DNA of 64,000 bases from Antedon mediterranea (Eukaryota; Animalia; Echinodermata), in assembly GCF_964355755.1 (NCBI RefSeq), contig NC_092671.1, forward strand, positions 34,420,304 to 34,484,303, given 5' to 3'. A program made the translations under genes and the position numbers. This document shows positions 12,801 to 25,700 of this stretch, one piece after another. The notes beneath the pieces are model-generated. The model had not been told where the DNA came from and did no database searches. It was given only the letters and a program-made list of their open reading frames with translations. How positions within the stretch are numbered: the stretch's first letter is position 1; each line of letters opens with the position of its first letter.

Positions 12801-15800
12801 AATAAGACACTGTAAGCAAACAATTCACTTACGGGAACAGTAGGCCTACCAGTAATAAAATATTTGTGATAATAATATAAGCTATGTTTATTGGGCATTA
12901 TCATAGGCCTAACATCGGATATTCAAGAAGAAGTATTTGAACTTGTTGAACACATTCTCGGAGAAAAGAAAAAAGACGGAGAGACGGATGTGTTGATAGA
13001 GAGTAAAGAGTTACAAGAGGCAATTGATGATCTGACTCTCAGCATTTGGGATTTTGCTGGACAAGATCTGTATTACATTACACATCAGGTAGAATATAGA
13101 TATTATTATAAGGTCACAACCCACAAAAAAATTCTTTAAATTTACCGCTTAAATGGGTCACACAATATCATCAACTTGAAGATCTAACATCTAGGAGTAG
13201 TTACATTTTGAAGGGGAAGGATAAGGCCAAGGTTACAATCCACAAAACTCAAATTATTTAAAAGAAACACTTCCCTCTGCAACATTGAACCTGTTTCCAC
13301 TCATGAAATGGACTAGACTCATTAAACCAAACTTATCATCGAGTTTTCACTATCTTCAATATTAAATAGTCACTCTCAGTTTTTGAAGACATCATTTATT
13401 TATTTCTTTGGTTTGTCGACAGATGTTTCTGGTATCTCGTGCTATTTACATCATCTGTTTCAATCTCTGCCATGACCTCAATGCACCATCAAGAGTAAAG
13501 TTTTTTCATAGAGATTATGGAAAGGTAACCAACAGATATTTAAAATTATGGTTTGATATGTATTCACATGCACTAATAAGGAAGGATTAGTATTATCCGA
13601 AAGCTTTTATGTTATTTTATTTGTATCTCTATTGAGATCCAGTTATTGATAACCACAACATTGTAATTTTTTTTAAATAAAAAAGTTAAAAATCAAACAG
13701 TAAAAACACATTTTTTCGTATTTATTTTTGGATTGGCCTAAACCAATACACTTTCAATATTGTTCTCTGTTAAATAACGTATGTTTGGTATGATTATCTT
13801 GGTAATTGTTTAAATTCTAACTTGTACAGATTTCAGACACTGACCACTACATGACCAACTTGGATCGTGTGGTTTTCTGGGCACAATCAATTTACTCACA
13901 TACGAGTACGACTAAAAATTCAACCCTGAAGCAGTATTCACCACCAATATTTATCGTTGGCACTCACAGAGAAATCCTTCCAGGCAATGACGAAAAGAAA
14001 GAAGCTCTTGTAAGATTTCCCGCTGCCAGTTAAGACTATGTTTTAATTATGCATATTAAATACAATTTAACTTTTAAACATATTATTTTTATTTTTCATA
14101 CACTTCCAACAGCGAGTAAGCCCGCCAATTACAGGATGGATAAACAACTTTTTGAATAATTTATCGTGTTTATAAGCCAAGGCCCGTTTGAAGCTTAGGG
14201 AGTTGAAAGAGTTGTGAGTTACAATCCTGGCACTAGGTCAGGATTAAACCCGGACCTTAGGATTGGAAGGCAAGCACGTTAACCACCAAGCTACAGCTCC
14301 ACTACAAATTATTAAAATAATGTTATTTGGTTTTCAGACTGAAGAGAAGTTTTCACTGATAAGAGAAGCATTTAAGGGTAAACCATACGAACACCATATT
14401 GTGTGTAAGTATTATGCCCTTGACAACAGCGTCCTATCAGAATTTGATATTTTATCAATTTTTAAGCTTAGACGTCATATCACAGAGGTAGCTAAGAACG
14501 AACCATATATGGGAGAGAGGATGCCCATAAGTTGGTTGAATTTTATGGGTGAAATTGAGCAATTACGTGACCAGCATAAGCACTCAATTAACTTCAAACA
14601 GGCAAGTAATTATGGTCATGTAGACTAGACTAGAACTACCTAGTCCAAGAGCATTAAATCAAAATAAGCCCTAAACCTGGACATTTCTGGTAGCAAACTG
14701 ATTTTTATCTTAAGGTGTGTTACATGAATACGTCTGATTAACGTACTAAAGGTCCTCGTTGATACAAAATTATAATTAAATGCTCTTGGCTTAACCCCTG
14801 TGTCTCACTAAAACAAAAGTAGGCCTACAGCACATGTCAAACAAGCAAACATTGTTTCTTGAATCCCATACAATACGAAAACAAACTAGATATTAATCGG
14901 TTCTCTACTATCATTTAAGATTATTTCAAATCTCAGGAATAAATGAATTGACCGAGCATTGGATTGTATAGTTATTTATTATCATCTCATTCTAATCTGA
15001 AATTAATATTCATGATCTGAGTTATATGACTAATGACAAATATAGGTATTTAGTTTATTAATATTTTTAATTTCAGGTAACTAAACTAGCTTTCAAGTGT
15101 CATATTGACAAAGATGATCAATTGTTTGTTATGTTACATTTTTACCACGACCTTGGTAATATTGTTTACTACGGAGAACGGGACACACCAAATAGCCCCC
15201 TGAATGACATCATCATTCTTATACCACAATGGCTGATTTACATTTTCAAGCTAGTTATCACAGTTAAAGATCCTTCGGAACAAGTATGAGGTTTTTTTTT
15301 ATGTTTGAGTTTACCATTAACGATTTAAAATGTTTTCATAGTAGAATGTTATGATCATGGTGCGAATTTTATAGTTACACATCTTGGCCTACCGAGTAAT
15401 AGTATTTTTATGGTAGGCCTAGAGTACATTGTAAGAGGAGGGTAGAACACATTCTGGAATTCAATCACGACTGCAATGATGCGATTTAATTTCTAGCCGG
15501 GAAAAAATCTAATAGTGAACAAAGACCATGTTTCCGCAGCCAAAACAAAAATTATTGGTTTAATGTTTTAACCAATCAGGTAATTACTTAAGAGATAATG
15601 TGCGCATGATCAATCATTACCAAACAACCGATAATTATCCGATTTGAATTATCGGTTAATTTTTCTCGAGTAGAATCGGTTAAATCCCTTTCCACCGGCA
15701 GTTCGGTCACACGGCCTAAATAGTTGGTGGCACCTTTACTGTTATTGTTTTGTTTGTTTTTTGTAGTATGCAGAGTTTAGAAGCTCTTGGAAAAAGCTTG

Positions 15801-18325
15801 ATGAAGAGGGTCTCCTAGAGGAGAGACTACTTAGACGTATGTGGCATGACTGTTTAAAGCAATTTGAAGCATTAATACAGCTGATGCAGAAATTTGACTT
15901 GCTATGTGTCAAGACTCAATCTTCTCAGGTACAACTTAATTGCAGTTATTGGTTTTATTTAATTAATTTTGTTTGATTATTTGTCTTTGCAGTTCATTAT
16001 TATTAGTACTATATTGCAGAAATATAAACACACAATCTGAATGTTCATATGTTTGGATTATGAAACCCTTTGCATTTTAGTAAAACCATTTATTATAGCC
16101 TTTTACCAGCAATTAATTTCAATCTTTAAACTTTTCAAAAGACAAAATGTACAAAAGTTGATCGTCTCTTCTATGTGCCATCATTGCTGAAGAAGAACCA
16201 AGGTGATGAAATGGCGTCACTTGACAAACTGACAAAGTCAAAGACTGCTTCAGTTCTGTACGTTGACTTTAATGGTTTTCTACCTGAAGGACTGTACTAT
16301 CGGCTGGTAGTAAGAATCGTACATTGGTCACAACAGAGGTCACTTAATAAAGGATATAATCCTAGGCTCTTTTACCAGCAGGTGAAAGTATACATTGATC
16401 AGAATCATGATGCAATCATCCGGATTCTACCTGAAAGAAGATCTTGTATCCAGGTAGGCTATCAGTGTATTCGTGTCCTTAAAACAAGTTTATTTGTTTG
16501 TTTGTCATCATCGCCCGAATTTCTATTTTTGTCCTTTAATTAGCTTTAAGTTAATTAGAATAAATTTAGACTCAGACAAATAATGAGGTTACTAAAATAT
16601 AAGCAAATATAAATTATTTGAATTTCAAAATATGTATTAGGCCTACAAAAACGTGAGACCAAGGCAATCTAACAACAGGATGCTGACTCCGTTAGATCAA
16701 AGGTTTTATCTGTGGTTGCGACATGATCAGTTCCACGCAACTAAAGAGAAACTGGAGAATAATGTACTTGGTAGTGTAACCGCAACTAGTATAAATTTTG
16801 CCGCAGCCAATCATAAGATCAAAGGACTGTTATAAGTTCCTACCTTGACAAGACAAACTCGGCTTCATGTTGTTAGATTGCCTTGACAAACAACCACACG
16901 AAATGTATTAGTTAATTTTGATTGAGAATTGTATTGTTCAAGTTTCAATCATATTTTTATTATCTGCTGTAGGTGATTATTTACAGGCTTAAAGTTGATG
17001 AAGATGAAGAACCATCACCAAGTGTCTGCAAAGACGTAAGTGCTGAATTATAATAAGTAGGTTTATGCGTTGACACAACTGCAAACATTTATTTTTTAGA
17101 TCGTCAAACTGCACAAAATTCCAAATATAAATATTTCTAGATTATTATTATATATAAGATATAGACTTGCCCCAAGTATGTAGTTATTGTCTTTTATTAT
17201 GCTAGATCACAAGTCGGCGTTTCGATTTTTGTCTGAAAATGTGAGCTTTTACCATTTTAACTCCATTTTATGTGTATTGCTTGTTATCTTTTCTTGTTGT
17301 CTTGTAAACATATTGTTGACAATTATTAGTTTGACCAAATAAAATGAATGAATTGATTGTACATGTTAATATATTTCTGATTTACAGATACTAAAACTCA
17401 TTGAGGAAAATCTACTGGACATTAATCACAAGTGGTCGAAACGTGTTGTTTTTAACTTCTGTGTCCTGTGCAGCGTCTGTCCTATGAAGAACATCCACTT
17501 GCACAAACTTAACGATTGCCTAGAGTCAACGCCTCGATGTGGGACGGCTGCTGGAATGAATACTTCCAAAATTAGACGTTTATTTGGAAAAGTTGAAGCA
17601 AATCCAGGTACGATAGGAATTAAAGCACTCCCAGTGACATTTAGATAGGGATGAAAGGAGGGAGAGATCGGAGAGTTGTTAATTAATGCCATCTTGCCAC
17701 TTGCATTTTTTTAGCATTACATATCATTTCTCCTTTCTGAACATAATAAGTAAATTGGCTATAATAAAATGGGTCTCAAAGAAAAAAACACTGGTTCCTT
17801 CATTAATAGTCATAATCATCTAACCGGAAAGATTTTAAATTATTAAAGATGAGGATCTGAGAGTTCCATTTTGATTGAACCCTATATTTTTTCTTATGAA
17901 CAGACAAAAGGATGGAAAGCACAACATAATTAGCAACCATTTGTATTATTACAGGCTGTCCAGTCACTGCTACTCAAGTAATCCCCAAGGTTCCAGGGTT
18001 TTTGAGATTTCTCATTGGCGTATATAAAGACATACCGTCACCTATCCTTCCATTTGAAGTCATGACAGAGGTTTGCGTTCTTCTGGACCCTCCACACCCA
18101 CGTGCTAATGACTGGCGTAGAGTAGCATGTAAGATTGGCTATGATCGTTATATCAACTACTTGATGGACATGATGAGAAGTCCTACTATGTGTGTAATGC
18201 AAGGATGGTCTGAGCAAGGTTTGTCGTTGGATGATTTTAAAACGGGTATGATTGAAATTAATCGCCATGATGTTGTATCTTTGATTGAGGAACATCTTAC
18301 AAAAACAAAGAATTATCCAGTGTAA
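6890..18325 (+). CDS. ROCO protein paralog B: basic N-terminus, tandem DED, Roc GTPase, COR, death domain (~1098 aa)
   Basis: 24 in-frame exons: 6890-6951, 7769-7795, 8246-8269, 8690-8710, 9006-9029, 9364-9378, 9558-10072, 10212-10235, 10407-10563, 10882-10982, 11169-11248, 11426-11513, 11866-11921, 12245-12284, 12907-13088, 13423-13524, 13830-14009, 14338-14601, 15077-15283, 15767-15928, 16142-16453, 16973-17035, 17388-17607, 17955-18325 (3297 nt). Motifs: P-loop LMLVGQERVGKTSL, switch I TNGI, G3 IWDFAGQ, G4 IVGTHRE, COR LHFYHDLG...IILIPQWL, death domain LLDPPHPRANDWRRVA. Confidence 0.88.
14095..14300 (-). mobile_element. tRNA-derived SINE
   Basis: The minus strand starts GGAGCTGTAGCTTGGTGGTTAACGTGCTTGCCTTCCAATCCTAAGGTCCGGGTTTAATCC, a tRNA-like head with an A box and a degenerate B box, followed by a non-tRNA body. 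Confidence 0.65.
16660..16885. mobile_element. MITE with CAAGGCAATCTAACAACA terminal inverted repeats
   Basis: Perfect 18-bp TIRs. A second, inverted copy lies at 38510-38708. Confidence 0.8.
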
Positions 18326-19849
18326 ACGGAACTAGATGATGGGTGAGATGCGATTGTCCACAGTGATAATAATTAAAAGGCGGTATTGTAAACACGGTTT
18401 ATGAAGCTAATCTGACATTCTGGTTGGTGATCGTGATACACTGTGACTGTGAATGTGGAAATTATATGCTAAATAAATAAATGAGTTTATTGTATGAGTG
18501 GTGCTTGGATAGGTAATGTTTGTAAGGTCTCACATGGGGATTTATTAGAATAGAAGGCCATGTCATGATGATGCCTGGCAGGGTTTTTTAATCAGTTTCA
18601 GCTAGGCCTAATAGTAGAAAAAAGAGGCAGCAAAGTTTTCGCTTTTAAACGCAGTTATAAATTTGGTGAAACTAATTAATTGAAGAATATTTTTCAACTA
18701 AAGAGATACTTTAGTAGTAAAACATCTGGTAGTTGTTGTGCCAGCAATAGTGCTGTTCTTCCTCAGCTTGCCTTGGGATCGGCCTTGCAAACCTGGATCT
18801 AGTGGCACAGGAACTGTTAAAATGGAGTGCCATTAAGGTGTTTGGTGACTGGTTCTGTTCCACTATCCACATATTCCACTCGAAATACTAGCATTGCGCC
18901 AAGTACACCGATACGGTACATGTCTTTCAAATGACTGGCACCGGTATAGTAATATAGGCGTTTCAAAAGCAGAAAACATTATAAGAAATAATGATAATGA
19001 TAATAATAATTATACTGTTCTTTATATTGTTATTTAGTTGTATATTTTTGTTGGTTTCATCACCCTTGTTCCAATGTTAGAATGTATTTTTTTATTTTTT
19101 TTTTTCTGTTTGTTTATTGTAACAGTAACGTGAAAAAATAAATAATTGTCCTATTTTGCTCGATTTCTACTTGTTTTCGAGATATACGATATACAATTTG
19201 ACGTTGCAGATATCATATTATACTATGCGCACAAATTGTAGGCATATTACAATATTCAAGTAGTTACACATTTACATAAACATTATTGCAAAACACCTCA
19301 TAAAATTATGAATCGTATTGTTACTGACAAGATGTACGGTATTGAAATATTATTATACAAAACAATAGCATAATTATGTAGTAAATCACACCTGGTGAAT
19401 AATTAAAAAAATGTTTTTTATATAATTTAATCCTTTATATAAATGCAGCAAAAGAATATGCTTTAATTGAATAACGTATTCTATCATCTACACATCTACA
19501 CGGTCAGTATTACCAATTATCAATCTATCAGATATCTTCATTTCTAAAATTAATTTTCATATTATGCTAAACTGTATTTACTATCCACAGTATTATTAAT
19601 GTATTTTTTGTCATTATGTCAGTCGGTAGCAAGTCGTATGTACACGAATCACGAATATTAACTTATACGCATTCTCCTTAATTGTGTGTTTTATATTGTT
19701 GTCAATAATTGGAATGTCAGTTTAAATATAATTTAAATTTAAATATATAAGTTTAAAATGAAGACAAGTTTTGGAAATATCTTTTAATCGAGTAACGATA
19801 TGCACATCAGACGTCTTATTGTCTTTACGCAGCATATTATCCCAAAGTA

Positions 19850-20125
19850 CCGGGTACGTAGATGTCCCCCAAAAACATGAAAAATGAAGATTAATACAAT
19901 CCAATGCCATTTTGCAGTTTTAACAAAGTTATTCACTTACGTAGAAAGAAAAACGTCACTTTCACTTATAAAAACATTTAGCGAAGCAATTTTTACAAAT
20001 AAACAATATTTTTATTCAATTTTTGGTCAAAGTGAGTACCGAAATATTATGTGACATTAAAATGGCATATCATCAAAAAACAAATTGTTTTAATTATTTT
20101 TTCAGGGGAACAATATATCGTTTCA
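19850..20125. mobile_element. Interspersed MITE-like repeat (AAAGATGTATTGTCCC-type ends)
   Basis: Similar sequence recurs at ~700-770, 50750-50987, ~62200-62465 and 63806-64000. Confidence 0.55.
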
Positions 20126-20435
20126 TATTAATGAACCCCGTTTATTATTATATGTTTTACTCGATGTATTTTGCCTACCTAGAGGTATTCTCTGCGGGAA
20201 TTATATTTTTCTCAAAGAAAAATCTCCAAGGAAGATATCAAATGTTATAATGCACCGATAGAAAAGGAATAATGTAAATAATAACTAATGATAATAATAA
20301 ATGTTACTAATTGGTAAATTCTTTGACCAATCTCGTCCACGTATTACGAATTTAGTTAAGGAGATGGGGAAATGTGTCCCTTCCTTTAGAGACGCAAACT
20401 CTACCATACAATATGTTTTTAGCCTTTTTCAGACG

Positions 20436-21690
20436 ATGCTGTTGGTTGTTTTACTAAGTATCTTGACTATAAGCCTACAAAATACTGCCGAAACTAAGTG
20501 TAAGTAGGCATAATAATATAATAATAATAATAATAACACTAATAATAATAATAATAATATAATATATCCACGAATGATATTTGGAAGAACAATATTTGTA
20601 TATAGGTCTACTCCTCTATTGCTATAACCTATTTAAGTTTTAAAATCTTAGCTTGTCTTTATTAATTTTATTTATTTATTTATTTTTATTTTTTTTTTAT
20701 TTATTTTTTATTTATTCGGTATATAAAAATATATTACAAAACGACAGCCAAGGGCTGAAATGAAATGTATTACAAATGACTAAAAATTAGTTAAAATTGC
20801 TATAAAAATAGAAACATCTTAATAAAATTAGATATCGTACCATACAATTAAAAACAACTAAGAATAACAACTAAGAATTAACTATTCTTTTAAAAATAAG
20901 ATAGGTCTATTTATAATCTTTCTAAAGCACATTTTGTATTTCTTAATAGGCCTGCACGAGTACTTACTGCATAAGTAAACTTATTATGTATGGAAAGTAA
21001 CTGTAGAAATAATGTTTTCTTTTATTTAAAGCAATGGTTGGCGAAAACATGGTGGGACAAGGTAAAAAGTCAACAAATTTTACTTTAACACTTCTACTAA
21101 AACATTTATTTTATATAAATCTATAGGCCTATATTTTGCATATATTGTATTTGCATTAATAAATAAAGCGATATGGTGATAAGATAAGATAAGATAATAA
21201 GATTTATTAAGTGCACATATCCACCAAGTGCTCAAGGTGCTTGTGAAAACCATTGAAAATACCGATGATAATCATCTCCAACACTTTGAAGCGGCTCCCA
21301 TGAGAGCTCACCGGAACAGTGAAAAGTATCTAGTCCAATAAAAACAAAGTTTCTTAGAAGAAAACTAAACAATGTGCTAGAGGAACGATTTAAGCTAATG
21401 TATTAAAACAAATAAATAAAAAAAAAGGAACACAGACAAACATTTGATTAGTAGGCCTAAGCAAACATATGTGATTTTAAAAAGACAATACTTTTTAAAA
21501 TAGATGGCTCTTGTAGGCCTACAAGTCTACAATTGATGCAAAGAAAAGACATTTAAAAAACACTTAATTTTATTTGTATTTTTCAGCTCATGAAGGACAT
21601 CGAATAAATCGCCAATCCCATCCAGGGTGTAGATTTAATTTGCCTACATGTCGCGAAAATATCGTTGAGGAACCAACACCCATTGAGTAG
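20436..21690 (+). CDS. Putative 65-aa secreted peptide precursor with a Cys-x6-Cys loop
   Basis: Exons 20436-20499, 21032-21061, 21587-21690 have phase-1 GT-AG introns with pyrimidine tracts. They give MLLVVLLSILTISLQNTAETKSMVGENMVGQAHEGHRINRQSHPGCRFNLPTCRENIVEEPTPIE*. AATAAA follows at 21708. An acceptor at 20431-32 implies an upstream non-coding exon. Confidence 0.65.
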
Positions 21691-22744
21691 GCCCTAAAAT
21701 GCTGACCAATAAATAATCATGGAGTTCGAAACATAGTCAAGAAATAAAATTCCTTTAAAAAACCTGTCTCATGGTTTACTTTGTGTGATGTTATTAAATG
21801 TAGCCTATATATTGCAATTATTAGTTGCAAAGAACGGATTCGACGACCAACTATAAGAGATAACTTAGTAACTTTTATTCATAATGCATTCTGGAAACTA
21901 AGAACCATGATGCCACACAAACAACATTGTCAAAACAATCCTTCTTCTATGGTAAAGGAAAGGTCGTGTATATAGATGAAGAATTGTTTGATTAATGAGT
22001 ACACGTGTCGGCGGCTTGGGTGTGTGGGTCACTACGGCCTTATGGAGTACGCCTCTACCCCGGAATACGTACAGACAGTAGGTACAGTTTAGGACTTTTA
22101 CGGTAGGACGTTCATTTCAGACTATAGACAAAATATTTACTACTGATTGTTCAACAAAATTAATTGATAATAAATCATTATTTCTTATATTAAATAGAAT
22201 ATCAATTTTGAAAATGCATAATTAAATGAATGAATGAAGAAAGAAACAATAATTAAAACTGTTACGTCAAAAAGTCGAGCGGCATTTGTGAAATATTTCT
22301 TCAACAATAACTTACTATTCGTACTAATATTATTCTGTGATACTAAAACCACGCCCTCAACATTAACAATATTATTCCACCAAAAAAGGACCAGGTATAG
22401 CTTGGCGGTTGCAGCACACAGGTGAGTGTTTTTTAAGTCTTAAATCTCGGACATGATATAATAATTATAAAATACAATACTAACTTCTAAAAATAATACG
22501 ATTATAAAGATAACTTGAATGAGTTTGGTTCAGTTAAGAATAAGACGTATAGTAGGTCATGTAGCTTTCTACCTAGGCATGTTGCAGGCCAGGGCATATG
22601 GGCATGATACGGATATGATACAGGATGGATTGCTGATCGGGAACTTACGGGTACCGTACGTACTTAAATCAAATCCTATTGCGCAGTTGGGCCTTTTTAG
22701 TACTTGGAATCAATTCGAATCAAACTTGATATATTATAGATGCA

Positions 22745-25700
22745 ATGTCAAAGCTACACACAAGAATATACACTTGGCAGGAGGTTAATTGTAAAGATGG
22801 TAAATTGAACCCCGAAAAGTGGATTGTTATTGATAATGAGGTATACGATGTGACCAACTGGGGAAGAAAACACCCAGGCGGTAGTAGAGTTATGACACAT
22901 TATGCTGGACAAGATGCGTCTGTAAGTAGTAACATTATGCATGGAAAAGTAGGCCTAGAGGCCTATTACCTGTATGCGAAATTAGGTGTGGTAATGGGAA
23001 TTAATGTGCAATCTTGGTACATGTCAATCAAACTGTGTTCAATCGTATGATCTCTGGCTTGTATGATTCTAATTAGCATAGAGATAAAGAAAGTCCAAAG
23101 TTTGAGTTTGATTCTGGCGCTAAAATGCAATGCTATTATTAATCTCAAAAGTCCATCTATTGATAATATTGATATACTTTACATTGATAATTTATATTGC
23201 CCTAGTTTCTATGAACTCTAAAACATATTTTTCCAACTTCTATTGCAACAGATTTTTTTAATGAAATTATGTATATTTTAAATTTGTTATCGTGTTTGTA
23301 GTTATATAATTTGGCAGGGAAAAAAAATAAATTTTGTATGAAAAAAAATCAATGTTTTTTGTTACTTTTTCAGGAAGCATTTACTGCTTTCCATAAGAAC
23401 CAAAAATATGCTAGAAAATTTATGAAAGCCCTGCACATTGGTCGTGTAGAATCAACAGTAACCAATAGAAACCAAAGTGTTATTAAAGATGTACTTAATC
23501 TTCGACAGACAGCTGAAAAAATGGTTTGTTTAATTTTGGATGTTTCATTTTTCAATAATCTTCATTAACTCCTACACCATCTTTATAATTGACTTTGATA
23601 ACTCCAGAGGGCACAATATTTCAAAGGTCAATCGGGGGCGGGGGAAAATGTCCATATGGAACTTTTTGTCCTGATTGCCCTTTGAGGTATGGCGCCCTCT
23701 AGAGTTATCGAAGTCGCTTACTGTAATTGTACAACTGGATTGCCCTTATGCTTTACTGGAAAATAAGGAAACTTAATGCAGTTTAATTAGAATTAAGATT
23801 ATGCCCTCTACAGACCAGCCAACATGAATACAGAGAACCTAACATGCACACTGTGTAAGATGCTCGCTCCTCTGTTCTGTTAAGCTCTGTCGACACTATC
23901 AAACTTTATGTGAGAAAAAAATGTGATGTGCCCATATATGGACACAATGACATCATATCACTACCAGTACCATATTTGGTACTGTAGACAGAGCTTTAAA
24001 TAGTATATACCAAGTTCTTTAGTGTAAACTGTATGTACACGGAACCAAGAGTTTTACATCCCATCTGAAGGCCGAGGCAAACAAGGCTTTGAGTCAATAT
24101 GGCACAGATAGGCTTGAACTTTATATAACTGATCTAAAGAAAACCAGTGTTTCAACATGATACAGCCATATATGCCAACTCTCATATGCCTGTTTCTCAT
24201 ATATTCATACCATTGTGGTTGCTTATTCTTCACCATGAAATGATTTATTGTTTTAAATTTGTTTTTATTTGTTTGTTTCAGGGTTTATTCACAGCTAGCA
24301 AACTATTCTATGTAGTCCATGCTTTGCAGATCATCCTTCTAATTGTTTCAGGTTACTTCCTAATGTATTATTTTGGAGTAACCATGGCTACGTATACCTT
24401 GGCAATATTTATTTTAGGCACAGCGCAGGTAATTATTGTTTCATGTTTTGTATATGTTTTATTGTGAGTGGCCGAGCGGTTAAGACAGTGGAAGACCCAC
24501 GTCTCGCTCCATGGTTCTGGTGGTAGAACATGTCTTCTCAAATAAGAACTATAAACCGTAGGTCCAGTGTACACACATTGCTTGTGTGCACTTTAAAGAC
24601 CCTAGTACATCTTTCAAGGGTCAAGTTACCCCAGTGTACTAGTTCACACACCGCCACTGTGTTGTGGACAGAAGGGGGAGCACTAGAATTAGCAGCACTG
24701 ACATGACATGAGCCTTAGGGGAGAAGCATGTAGTTGAAAAGTGTAACATCTGAGTCCACAGCACCATGACCAATGACCCATTCATTGGAATCATTTTTCC
24801 TTTTTCATTTTTGTTAAATTTTTTAAGGACTCTAACCCACATTTTTCCTGCTTGGCATTCATTTAATTTTAGTTGATTCTAAGTAGTTGATAATAGTAAC
24901 ATATTTTCTCATTGCAGGCTCAGGCAGCTTGGTTACAACATGACTTCGGACACAACTCCGTATTTAAAAACAATAAATGGAACCGACTAGTACATTTCCT
25001 AATTATGGGTACTCTTAAGGTAAATCATGTTGTGATCCCATGCTCGTCTTAAACACCTTATCTTATAATAATCTCATGTTTGTATCGCAGTCTCATTATT
25101 TTAACTTGATCAGCTTGTGATCCTATCATTATATCATGATCGTATCATTATATTATGATAGTATAATCATGATCATATCATGATCAGCAAAATTTCGGAC
25201 CTGCTTAAAATATTGAAAATTCATTTTTTCACAATCTCTGTTGGATACCATGGATGTTCCTTTATTCTCAAGGGAGACACACCTTCCAATGATTTTTTTT
25301 TTTTTTTTTGGTATATAACTGTTAAATTTTATTTGAGCCTTGATCATATAAATATATCTGTTTCATAATCTAATGATCGGCTTTTTATAGGGTGCATCAA
25401 GTAAATGGTGGACCCATATGCACAACCAACACCATTCAAAACCCAACGTGGTAAGAGACAAATCAAAATGAATATAAATCGTTTAATTTAATTGTAATAC
25501 TAGTATAGAGCAAGTTTTGCGGTACACCACAAGGATCTGAATCACTAGGTGTACCACAAATAAAACTTTACTAATACAAATTTTCTTATCTGATTTGATT
25601 TGATTTTATTCAGGTTTCGACATAAAATTACAAGACAAAAATTAAAAATACAAATTGAAACATGCAATATAGAATATACCTTATCTACTGATTCTTCTTT

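Noticed and set aside
14225-14300. tRNA-Gly(TCC)-like gene on the minus strand
   Set aside because: The T-loop is degenerate, acceptor-stem pairing is poor, and a non-tRNA body follows. Better explained as a SINE head.
10366-18295. Minus-strand ORFs at 10366-10554, 11472-11756, 17426-17692 and 18038-18295
   Set aside because: They are antisense shadows of ROCO exons with no recognisable motifs.
19950-20037. CRE half-site, TATAAAA and GTGAGT donor as promoter and first exon of the peptide gene
   Set aside because: These lie within an interspersed repeat with copies elsewhere in the window, so they may be coincidental. Not called without transcript data.
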